From Vitrella brassicaformis CCMP3155 (Eukaryota > Protista > Chromerida), in assembly GCA_001179505.1 (NCBI GenBank), contig CDMY01000666.1, forward strand, positions 241,488 to 305,487: a DNA stretch of 64,000 nt, in the 5' to 3' direction. Shown here piece by piece: positions 53,302 to 64,000 of this stretch; within the stretch, counting starts at the first letter, position 1; the number at the start of each line of letters is the position of its first letter. The position numbers and the translations under genes are program-made. Under the pieces are notes generated by a model that did not search any database, had not been told where the DNA came from, and was given only the letters and a program-made list of their open reading frames with translations.

Positions 53302-54819
53302 CCCATTGACAGACTGAGGAAATGCCTGCGTTGATAGCGCTCTTGCGTAGGTTAGGCCTGTCTGGGGGGTTTCCTTCCTTGTATCTTTGTGAACCAGCGC
53401 CTTTGTCGGCCAGCAGTCCCTTGCACCTGAGTAAGGGCTTCCTGTGCGGCAGGGAGAGCTGACACACGAGGTGGGAGGAAGGCCTCCAGCGGGCGGGCCA
53501 GTCTGGTTCTTTGATTGACACGCAGATCGGGGAATGAGATTAGTCAGGTGAGGCTGCATTCTGCCGCCATGGAGACGCTATGTGTGTGACGCTGCATTGC
53601 ATTGGATCGTTCCCGATGTCTGTTCGTTGCCTATTGATCTCTCCCGCATCACTCCCTCACTCACAGACTCACTCGTAGCACCCAAAGAAAACACAAGGAT
53701 GAACCTCCGCACGACACAGGCGAACCAGCCAGCCATCCATCCACACACAAAATAGAGGGCGGGCAGTGAGGGAGGACAAGGAATGGACGGATGGATGGAC
53801 ACACGTGAGTGTTGCTATGGGTACTGAATGGTGGATGAACGATGCGGCCCCTCCCTCCACTCACACACACCAACACATCCCAGAATTCGTCGCGCAAACT
53901 GCTCGACTGCCAACAGACGCCTCAGGGGCGACCTAACCCCCCCCCCCCACACACTTACTTTATATGCGCACGATGAACAAGAAGGGCACACATGGAGCGG
54001 TACTGATGGATGGCATGGGAGACGTCACGGGGTGGTGCCCAGTGGCACCAGAGTGTTCTGATGTTGTGTTGGTCGGCTGTTGGTCGGTCGGATGGGTCGC
54101 GAGACTCACCAGGGGAGCGGCTCAGCGACACACCGACATTCCCTTCTCTCTCCCCCTTGCCCATGCGGCCATGGACGGATGGGCGCCAGCTGAGCTGGGC
54201 TGCTTGATTCCGCGGGCGGCTGTCGACTTGGGCACAGACTGCACGACCATTCGACACACAGGGCACACACACACACACAGACGTCTCGGCATGTTTGGTC
54301 TCCTCGTGCATCGTGCATGTGTCCCCACCGGCTGTGCATACGTACCGTGTCGGTGTAGCTGAGAGAGAGAGGAGGGAGGGAAGACTTCACTTATAAACCA
54401 CAACGATGCCACCACCTCGTGTTGGGTGGCCGTGCAGGTCCTGGGCTTCGTTTATAGTGAGGAGGTCGCTGGCGAACGGCCACTTCACCAGCTGCCGCAC
54501 TCTTCGACTACTTGCACTCCGTGAGCACTTTCATCGACCAGACCATGCCACATGGAGACCATGGTCTGTGACTGGGTGGGTTCTGATCACCGCAGTCGTC
54601 TCGTATGGACACCGAGGCCACAGCTCCACACGAGTTTTCGTCGTGGAGCTGTGGCCCTCCACTCCCTCTTAAGCCCCTTGGTCCTTACACATTACGTTGT
54701 GTTACAGACGTATATTTTGCGAGCTCACGAATTCTAACATTCCGTGAAACTGCTCGTCGTTACTTCGGCTCGTCGTTGGCCGCAATGAGCAGCGCCCTTC
54801 GCCTGTCAGGGGGTGATGG

Positions 54820-57132
54820 ATGAGGTTTAGGGATAGAATTCAGAAGCCACCGACCGTGATGGAGGTAAGGCTCACCGCCGCTCTACGCCGGCCACCCCTT
54901 TCATTTCGCCTCTCCGTGCACATGTGTGTGTGGCCTGTGTCACCTCTCAGGGTGGCGCAGCCGTGCGATTCATCGCAGAAGGCTGCAGCACCCGGCTTGG
55001 CGAGGAAGTCTTCGTGTGCGGCAGCGTGCCGGAATTGGGGAACCTCAACGCCCTCCCGTTGGGCTGCCGCCATCTTCCCACCACCGCGAAGAAGCTCCAG
55101 TGCGTCGATTGGGGTCCACAGGGCGGCAGATGGGAGTCCGACAGGATCTCCATCGCCAACATCCCCGGCAGGAACAAGCCTGTAGAGTACAAGTATGTGA
55201 TATGCGACCGCAGCAACCCGCCCAAGATTCTGCGCTGGGAGACGGAGTTCGGACAGCTCGGCCAGCACCGGGCGATTGCCGTCGAGCCGGGCCAGATCAC
55301 GACACAGCATGACAACTGGGGGGTGGTTCAGCCCATCCGCACGACATTTGAGCCCCTCACCGGCCACAAGCGCGGAGGTAGGTCTGCTGAGGAAGTGTGG
55401 TGCGTCATGTCGTCATGTGTGAGTGTGTGCACATCAATCAGGTGATAGGAAGAGGCGTTTGAGCCAGCCCGACGAGGAAACAGAAGCCAACAAGAAGGTG
55501 TGTATGTCAAGATCATCGCGCCACAGCATCCATCCATGCCATGCACAGCCTCTGTTCCATGAACGAATGGACCTGTTCTGGCAGGGGCGTTTTGGCGGTC
55601 ACGTAGCTGTCGGGCCGGTCGACACATCGATGGAAGGGGTAAGTAAGGGTCATTCACATGGAGGGATGCAAGTGAGGCAGCATGTGCGTGTGTGTGCTCA
55701 TCGGTTGGTGTGTGTCGTTCTGTTCTGTGTCGGGTGGCAATGCTTGATCAGGTGTCTGCTGACGTTGTCGTTGACTCGATGAACAATGCCGAGGGCGGCG
55801 TTGACGAGGTGGGTGGGCACGTGGGCGGAAAACACAGACAGACAGACAGACGGCCAGAGACGCGCATGTGTGTGTGTGCTGTCAGGGGGTTAGTGCGTTG
55901 GAGAGTGCGTTGGAGGAGTCGGCACAGCCCTCCGATGAGCTGCAGGTCAGTATGCAGCAAGCCCATTGACACGCACAAGACGGATGTGTTTCGTCTGTCT
56001 GTGTTTGGCTGCAGCTGAACGGTAGTGTTGGTGTTGGTGACCCTGCGCAGATGCAACACCCGTCCAGTCTGCCGCCTCTGGTAAGTCTCCCAACCGCACA
56101 GACACCAACACACAAACGCGCTGGCTTCTCTCCCTCTCTCTCCCTCTCTCTCCCTCTCTCTGTTTGTGTGTGTGTGTGCTGTCAGGATGCCAAGACGTCT
56201 GAGCAGCTTGCCAGCGTTGCCGAGGAGGCTGACCAGAAAACCACCGATGAGCTGCAAGTCAGCGCATGACTCTTGACACTCACAACACGAAACTGATGCG
56301 TGAGCGTGTGTGCCTGTGATGGATGTGTGGCGTCTGTCGATCTTTGGCAGCAGGTGGACAGTAGTGTTGGTGTTAGTGTTGGTGGTGATGAGAAGGTGCA
56401 GCAGCAGTCGGCTCCGCCGACGCTGGTAGGTGTCCCAACCGCACAGACACCAACATACAAACGCACATCGTATGTCTGTGTGATGTGCGAAGGCCCTTTA
56501 GGTCGATCATTGGGTTATGGCTGCGTCGCCGCCACCCGTGGGCACCCAGGCCAGATTGAAATACGTCAGCCACCACCCCCTCCCCCCTCCCCCGTCCCCT
56601 CCACACACACAGAGAGACGGACGTATGGCACGCATTGCAGAAAGACATCCGTGTGCATTGGATTGGCCACATGCCTGCAGGATAACCTCATTGAATTCAT
56701 CAACCATCGGCCCGCCCCCGAGCAGCGGCTCGCCCACGACACAATCGACCGTCTCAACAAGGGCTCTTCTCACAAGGACTTCGACGATATCAACGCTCAC
56801 ATCGATAGCACATTCTATCACGTGAGTGAGGGACACCGCCTCCCTTGACCCCCACCACATGCAGTGCATGATGTGTGTCATACACATATGTATGTCATCA
56901 GAGCACTAAGATGGGGGACGCTGAATTTGAGAATCACTTGTGGCCGAGCGAGGCGGAGAAGGGGCAGCTCGACGTCAATCACCAGGCCTTCCAGGCTAGT
57001 CCCAACACCAGGCAGAAGGAGCGAAACAAGACGCGGGCGCAGTACGCAAAGAAGATCATGCACAAGGTGGGTAGCGACCTCAAGGCCTACATGAGGGTGA
57101 TTATGGATCTCAGAGGCTTGAATCGTAGGTAG
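54820..57132 (+). CDS. CBM20 starch-binding-domain protein with repeated linker exons
   Basis: VRFIAEGCSTRLGEEVFVCGSVPELG...VEYKYVICD...LRWE...R...TQHDNW fits the CBM20 pattern. Acidic linker exons and an unrecognised C-terminal region follow, and both ends are uncertain. Confidence 0.8.
55862..56465 (+). repeat. Internal ~300-nt tandem duplication of an intron-exon-intron-exon unit
   Basis: Paired exons ...PSDELQ / ...TTDELQ and LNGSVGVG...LPPL / QVDSSVGV...PPTL, with matching introns (cccaaccgcacagacaccaaca). Confidence 0.85.
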
Positions 57133-57952
57133 ACACATACACACATACACACAGATGCCGCCTGCCTGGCTGCCTGGCATGACGACATGATTGATGTGGG
57201 TGGATGGAAAGGGGCGTAAGGGTGTGCCTGTATGTGAAGTGTGCATCTACAGTGAGTGTGCCTGTGTATAGTCCTCATCAGTGCGCAACATTGCGTTCGT
57301 GTGCGTGCGCCTGCTGGATGGATCGCCTTGTGTGCGTGTGCGGAGGTGGCGTGGGTGTTGCATGTGTATATATAAGGGACGAGAATCAACGCTGTATCTC
57401 GCTGAAAGTGTACCACTTCGGTTGCGCCTTCCAGTCATCGTTTGCACACACGTACACACGGTCTCCGCCAACACCACACCATTTCAAGCGCAAGCGATGA
57501 GTCGACCTCACTCACACGTCCCCAAGTGAGCCAACACGCCCTCCAAAACCACCCCCTGTGCCCCCTCGCCCCCATTCTCGGCCGCCAAGACATAGATACT
57601 CATTGGAAGCGGCACGGTCACAGCGGCACACAGCCACCACACACTCACAAGCAGCTGTCCACTGACCTGACGTACACACACGGCACCGACGCACGCATAG
57701 GGACAGACAGAGAGGGGAGGGGGTGAGTGTGTGTGTGTGTGGAGGTGGCTGGTTGGGAGTGAGATGCTCTCTGCCCGACAGACACATGGATACTTATGTG
57801 AGGGTTTCGGACTAGGCCAGCCAGTAAAACAAGAGAACCGACAGACAGAAACACACACAATGCATACAAATACACGCACACACACAGATGCATATACATA
57901 CGCACCCACGGACGCCAGTGTGTGTGTGCGGGGGGGGGGGGGGGGGGGGGGG

Positions 57953-58251
57953 NNNNNNNNNNNNNNNNNNNNNNNNNNNNNNNNNNNNNNNNNNNNNNNN
58001 NNNNNNNNNNNNNNNNNNNNNNNNNNNNNNNNNNNNNNNNNNNNNNNNNNNNNNNNNNNNNNNNNNNNNNNNNNNNNNNNNNNNNNNNNNNNNNNNNNNN
58101 NNNNNNNNNNNNNNNNNNNNNNNNNNNNNNNNNNNNNNNNNNNNNNNNNNNNNNNNNNNNNNNNNNNNNNNNNNNNNNNNNNNNNNNNNNNNNNNNNNNN
58201 NNNNNNNNNNNNNNNNNNNNNNNNNNNNNNNNNNNNNNNNNNNNNNNNNNN
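57953..58251. other. Assembly gap (299 N) flanked by poly-G
   Basis: N run seen directly. Confidence 1.
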
Positions 58252-58252
58252 N

Positions 58253-58286
<34 letters not shown>

Positions 58287-59078
58287 GGTTGCGAGATGTT
58301 CTCTCTGCCCGACTCGGCCAGTGCAGACAGGTGCCTACTCATATGAGACAGGCTGGGCCGAAAGCGCACTTGTGGTGTCCGCCAGCGACGAAGATCAGCG
58401 GCGGAAAGAGCAGTGTTCCCGCGCAGCAGGAAAAAGCTGTGCTTCGTGTCGCGTCAGCAAGTAGGAGGGAGGGGTCGACTCCAGATTAGAAGAGACAGTG
58501 TGTGTCGTGGTGCGCATGTGTGTCTTGGGGGCAGGGTGTGGAGCGGGCCGCACAACGCAGTGAGTGCGTGGGTGCAGTAAGTCTGCTGGACATGGTGACT
58601 GGACTGGAGTAAGTCGAATGAACGGTGGACCAAAAATACGCACCCACGCACGCAGTCAGTAGTAGTGAGTCGACCGTGGACCAAAAATACGCACGCACGC
58701 ACGCAGCACCAGTGCACCAGCCGACGGCCGTTGGGGTTGAGCTGATCGCCGATGAACGACAAGACGGGCGCCACACTCGCCCCGGCCCCATCCGGCGATG
58801 AGATCCGGTCCACACCGTCAGGCACGGCCCCGGCATCATACGTACGTCGGTGTGACGAAGGGGAGGTCGCGGTCGCCTCCCTCGAAATCGCCGGGGTTGT
58901 CGACAGGCGCTCAGATAGTCAGGCCAGTCGCCCCACCTGCTGCCGTCCCTCACTAGACACAGGGCAACGAACAGGATGTTGGCCTCGCGACGCACGTCGA
59001 TGGCCAGCCTCCCTCCTGGTGGAGCTGCGCGAGCCAGCGAACTCCGCATGTGGGCTGGGCTTCGTGTGTGGGCTGCTG

Positions 59079-59376
59079 TGAGCAGCGGGTCTGCCGGATG
59101 GCCTCGCCCGCTGCTCACTTGACCGACGGGTCTGCCGGATGGCCTCGCCCGCTGCTCACTTGACCGACGGGTCTGCCGGATGGCCTCGCCCGTCGATCGC
59201 CGAGTGAGCAACGGGTCTGCCGGATGGCCTCGCCCGCCGCTCACTCGACCAACGGGTCTGCCGGATGGCCTCGCCCGTCCCTCGCCGAGTGAGCAGCGGG
59301 TCTGCCGGATGGCCTCGCCCGCCGCTCACTCGACCAACGGGTCTGCCGGATGGCCTCGCCCGTCCCTCGCCGAGTG
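59079..59376. repeat. Minisatellite: seven identical 25-nt cores (CGGGTCTGCCGGATGGCCTCGCCCG) with 16-nt and 19-nt spacers
   Basis: Cores start at 59086, 59127, 59168, 59212, 59253, 59297 and 59338. Spacer order is A,A,B,A,B,A,(B). Confidence 0.95.
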
Positions 59377-61400
59377 CCCAAGGCCCACATGCGAAGGCCG
59401 CCGTCAAGCGACCAACTCTCACCTGTAGGTCGAACACATACAGACAGAAGTGAGTGAGGTGCATTGTCTGCGGCGTATCAGAGCTCGCCCATTCCCAATC
59501 CCTCACCAGTAAGTGTGTGGGTGGGGTGGCCGTGGTGTCGTCCATGGGCATGACGATTGTCGTCTCCACCATGTCCCTTTTGGCCATTTCCCTCTTGACC
59601 CACTCACGGAACGTCGATATGTTGCCGAACTCATACACCGGCCCCTCGGCAGCAGATTGGGTGGCCACACTCGTCCCCCTGGTGGACGTCCTCGAGCGTG
59701 GCGCCGTGGTGGTCCCGTCGGCTGCCTCGAGCAGGTCGCCACCTGTGTGTGACGATGGGCTCGGGAGGGGTGTGGACGAGGGGGTGGCGCTGCGGACACG
59801 GCGAGTGCTCGGGGGTGCGTCTGCGGCTGAACTGGCGCCCTTTCTGAGGGGACTGCTGCCGATTGCTGCTGTGGGCTCGACCCTCGACACACAGCTGGAG
59901 CTGAGCAGGGAAATAGACAGACAGCAGAAAGGCATGTTGATGCACCCAGACGCTGCTGCTCTGGGTGGGGGTGATGGTCGAGTAGGCCAGCGAGAGGGCG
60001 GGGGAGGGGAGGAGGGAGGTCCGCTGGGTGCCGGTCGGCTGCACCTGGGGCACTGGGACGTCAGGCAACGCCGTGGTGTCGTCCTGTAGCTGCTTTGCCG
60101 TGGTCGCTAGGTCCTGCTGTTGCTCGGGGCGGGCATCTTGGTAGCGAATGAAGTCAGCTGGCACCTGCTGCTGTGGCCCATCCTGCTTGGGCAAGACCCA
60201 TGAGGGCACCAGCATGCCGCAGAGAAAGGGCGCGGGCATCTCCACGAGCTCGGATCTCTCGCTGGGGATGAGGGGCAGGTACGGGTGGTGCCACTCGAAG
60301 GGAAATAGTAGCTGCAGGAAGATCTCTGCCAGGTAGGTCAGGAGGGAGGCCCGCCGCGAGAGCATCAACACCTTCCGCTAAAGCGGCAGCAGGGTGAAGA
60401 CGTTGACGATGCGGTCCAGCTTCAGACACGCGAACAGCGCCCGATAGCTCAGCTCCCGGCCGCCGCTGCTGCACCCGCCCGGCAGATCTATCGCCCGCAG
60501 GTGTGTGTCACCGATGCCAATGTGCAGCTTGACCGACGGCCGGGCCAATCCAGCACCGCTAAGGTCGCCGAGGAGACGGCCGATGGTGCTCTCAATAGCA
60601 GCAGAAGAGTGGTCACTCGACGGGCTGGGCCGGGTGGGTGTCTTGAGCAGATGCCGCAGAAAGGACATCTTGGCGGTCCTCTGCTGCAGCTGGTAGAGCT
60701 CATAGAGGACACTCTTGAGGGAGCTGATCAGCGGCTGCCGCGTCATGAAGCACAGGCACGTCGGCACATAGACGATGGAGGCACCCGCAGGGCTGTCTCG
60801 ACTGTAATCCTCAAGGTCGGCCTCGTCGAGCCCGTCGTCCGTCACTGCGACCACGCTGTCGATCAGGCCGCTGCTCTGCATCTCGCCATGGTCGATATCC
60901 CACGGCCACGCCCGCGGCTCCCACACCATCAGGCAGCACACGTAGGCCCGCCGGGACAGTCCCCATAGCACCGTCGAAAAGAAGACAGGACCGGGGCAGC
61001 CCTGCTCTTCGCGATAGAGCCACAGCCCCTCTGGCGGGCAGAATGACGTGAGTGTCTGCTGCATGGCCGCACTGGGCGAGCTGTCCTTGCGGCTGCTGGG
61101 CGAGGAGGGCCCGCCCAGGCCGGCAGACAGGAGGGAGTGAGGGGACGTGGCGGGGCTGTGTGACGGATACCACTCGACAATCTGGCCCTTCAGGGGCGTC
61201 AGGAATGCCTCTTGCGGACCCCTCGATAGATGATCCTTCAACACGGAGTCCTCCACACCTGCATGAACCAGACAAACGAAGACAAGCGCAATATTGGCTG
61301 CTGCCAAGATGTGATAGCGTTCGTGCTTGTGCTGACCGATGCGGAAGAAGACGTCTGCGATGTGTATATGCGACTCAGAATCGGAAGCGGCGCTTGGCCG
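59156..61400 (-). pseudogene. DENN-domain (Rab GEF) coding region with an in-frame TAG
   Basis: uDENN-like start IADVFFRIG, then FCPPEG, FFSTVL, YVCCL, YVPTCLCFMTRQP and VFTLLPL*RKVLMLS...LLFPFEWHHPYLPLIP...MPAPFLCG. The TAG is at 60378-60380. Confidence 0.85.
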
Positions 61401-64000
61401 CCTCCTCGTTCCTCCTTTCCAGCTCCTGCCGCCTCGCCCTCGCCTCCTCCTGGTGCTGTTGCTGCCGCTTCGATAGCTTGAAGGCCGCCTGGGGGACTGG
61501 GGGGGCGGATTTCTGGTTGGCGGCAGCGGCTGCAGGGCCTTTAGGAAACGGCACTGGCCGCTTCGCCTGCTGTTGCTGCTGCACGGGCCGCGCAGAAATC
61601 CGAGGGGCGGGGTAACGGGGCTGCGGCTTGCTTGGCGGCTTGGGTGGGGGGTGCTTGTGCGCCGCGTTGGTGTTGCCTCTATCACCAACCGCCCCCAGCC
61701 CATGGCCCCCCTGGGTGCTGGCCTCCTCCTGCTTGCTCGTCGGCTGGTGCTGGTGTGGGCGGGTTGACGGCTGACGCAGAGGGCTATCGGGGTGTGACGA
61801 GTGTGTGTGGGGCGGCATAGTGGTGGGACAGCCAGTGGGCAGAAGGGACAGGGCGGTGAGAAGATCCGCCCGGATGTCCTCGAAAGTGCCCCTGTCCCCC
61901 TGCCGAGGACTCAGAGCCCTCCTCGCAGCCCTGCAGAACGCGTTAATCCCTTGAAGTTGTCCCGCAGCTGGACTATCCGAAGGAATACGGGCGACTCGGT
62001 CGGCTGGCCCTCGGCGTCCATAAGGGCGTCGTAGTGGGCCTCCCACTCGAGCGCCATTAGCGCTGCGTATTTCCGCAGCAGCTCCTCGTCCTTCCTCGCC
62101 GTGTCCGTCTCCTCCCGCATGACGACCCCTGTGATGGGGCTTGCCCGCAGCACCTGGTGCAGCGTCATGCCGAAGGCGAACACGGGAGCTGGTGGCCCCA
62201 TCCACACGGCCTCGCAGTTGCCGTCTCCTACCAGCACGCCCTCGGCCCGCAGCTGCCGGCGAGTCCTCCCCAGTCCCGTGGCGGTGCGCTCTTGGATGGC
62301 CGATGCGCCGGCGGGAGGGCCCAACGCCGCCACCAGCTCCGGGGCCCGGTTCCATCTGCCGCCGTTCGGCATCTGCCCTCTTGCCATCCTCTCAGCCCTC
62401 TCGGTCGGCACCAAGACGGCCTTGTCGCCCAGAAAGGTGGGCGGTGCGGGTGAAGGCCCGTTGCTTGGTGTGGATGGGGGCCTGGGTGGATTGGTGGCCA
62501 GGGAGTTGGCGAGATCGATGAAGTGAACATCATTGACGGAAAGGGCGGCGCCTGGGCGGAGCGCCGACCGCCTCAGCATGACGTTCCCCATCGCCCCATC
62601 CAGGTGGAGCACCCCCTGGCCAACCGCTGCAATGTGGGCCTCACAGGCGAGGATGAGGGCGCGGGTGATGACCTCCACTGTGTCAGTGAAGGCTGCTTTC
62701 GCCTCCTCAGTGAAGCCCTCGTCCTCCAGCCGCACAATCGCTTGGTACAAATTGTGGATCCTGTCTCCTTCGTGCGGCTGGGCCCACCCAAAGAGGCGGC
62801 TCATCTCAACCCACTCGTTGGCTGCATGCATGACACACAGGAAGCACAGGTGACATGAACAATCCTGCGTTCCCTCTCTCCCCGCCCTCCTTCTTTGTGT
62901 CTTACCATGCAAGAGGGGGGTGGCTATGCACAGCGCCTCCTTGGGCAGCCCCTTGGTGTTGGTATAGGTCAGGGGCTGGTCCTCGTTTGTGTGGGCCGCC
63001 AGGAGGGGAAGGAAAGGGGGAGCACCGCCAAGACGCTGCAAGCGGTCCACCTCCACCTGCAGCTCCTTGATAGTGTCCTCCCTGTCCTCCTTGTCCGTCA
63101 AGCTGCCCAGCACGACAATCTTGATGGCCGCCTCCTCACCCTGGCCGTGCCCCTCTGGTGCCGGCTCGATGAATCCCCTCAGCACAGTGCCAGTTGCGCC
63201 TTTCCCGATGGTGGCCGCCTTGGGGTCCTCCCACACGGTCGACCGCCCGTCGGCCCAGCTGAGAACAGCTGGCCGCCTGTGTGGTTCTGTGGGTGGGGCG
63301 TCGACCGGACTAGTGTCGGTCAAGTCCGATGAGTCGGTCGGCTGGGATGGTGCCGCCTGTTGCGGAGGTGGCGACGTAACTCCTGCATCCTCCTTGATGA
63401 CAGCAGACCGAAGGAAGCTCTCGGGGCTGCTCACATCGTCGCTGCCGTCCGCCTCCGTCTCCATCTCACTCACACGACCGTTGACACTACTCTTGGACGC
63501 GACACCACCCGTGGCAGCAGCAGACGGGTCAACGTGCGATGATTGGTTGGGGGGTCGGTAGATAGGGGGCAGCAGGCTGGGGCGTTGGCAACCTCCTGCG
63601 ATTGGGCGTCCTTGTACGCGTCGCCGAGGCAGCGATCCATCTCCTGGCCCTCCCGACTCGGACACTCGACGTCACCGTCGTGCCGCTCCTCCGCCTGGTG
63701 ATGGTCCATCCCCTCACCAATGCCTCCGTCCATCCCACCGCCGTCTCTCTTGGCCTGGGGCGAGGACATGGGCGGCTGACGGAATGGGGACGGCCCCATT
63801 GGCTCGATGGGCGACCGTGGGAAGTAGGTGTTGCGTCCGGGGAGGGAGGAGGGATCGTCCAGTGGGTTGTGGTGGTGGTTGGGGCTGGGGTAGGCGTAGT
63901 CTGGCACACTCAGGGTGGCCTTGGGCGAGCCGTAACCGCGGTTCGAGTCCTGGCCCGGCGGGCCCTTCGATGACGACTCAAAGAACGCATCCCCATCACC
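61375..64000 (-). pseudogene. Divergent protein kinase/pseudokinase with apparent frameshifts; 5' end lies beyond the window
   Basis: IGKGATGTV, AAIKIV, ELQVEV, HLDGAMGNVML, FIDLA, RAPEL and PVFAFG. A subdomain XI-like FCRAARRALSPRQGDRGTFEDI lies in another frame. One intron at 62905-62822. Confidence 0.75.

Noticed and set aside
59079-59376. CRISPR array (palindromic 25-nt repeats with spacers)
   Set aside because: Spacers are only 16-19 nt and are themselves repeated, there are no cas genes, and the context is eukaryotic.

Overview
Eukaryotic nuclear DNA: GC-rich and gene-dense, with many 55-130 nt GT-AG introns filled with (GT/CA)n, (GA/TC)n and (GTCT)n microsatellites, and four ~300-N gaps next to poly-G. 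The intron style and a RAP-domain gene suggest a chromerid alveolate such as Vitrella (inference). Most long six-frame ORFs are intron read-through or antisense artefacts, so genes were rebuilt by hand from exons and their boundaries are approximate. Well-supported genes: ubiquitin-like-domain protein, Ldh_2-family oxidoreductase, TM/U-box protein, aldo-keto reductase, TKL kinase, fused PabA-PabB aminodeoxychorismate synthase, NOSIP, two AIG1/GIMAP GTPase paralogues, RAP-domain protein, syntaxin and a CBM20 protein. The right end carries a damaged divergent-kinase plus DENN locus. The most unusual region is ~9.4-15.8 kb, a mosaic of gene fragments: duplicated kinase C-lobes, a separate kinase N-lobe relic joined to a CBM20 piece, and an inverted copy of an intron+exon from the DENN locus. 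It also holds eight same-strand copies of an AT-rich 22-nt motif (consensus ATCGCTGTCTACATTTTATATC), several at or near fragment ends. Also notable are a palindromic-core minisatellite with complementary alternating spacers (59.1-59.4 kb) and mosaic conservation between the AIG1 copies. No rRNA, tRNA, CRISPR array or transposase was recognised.
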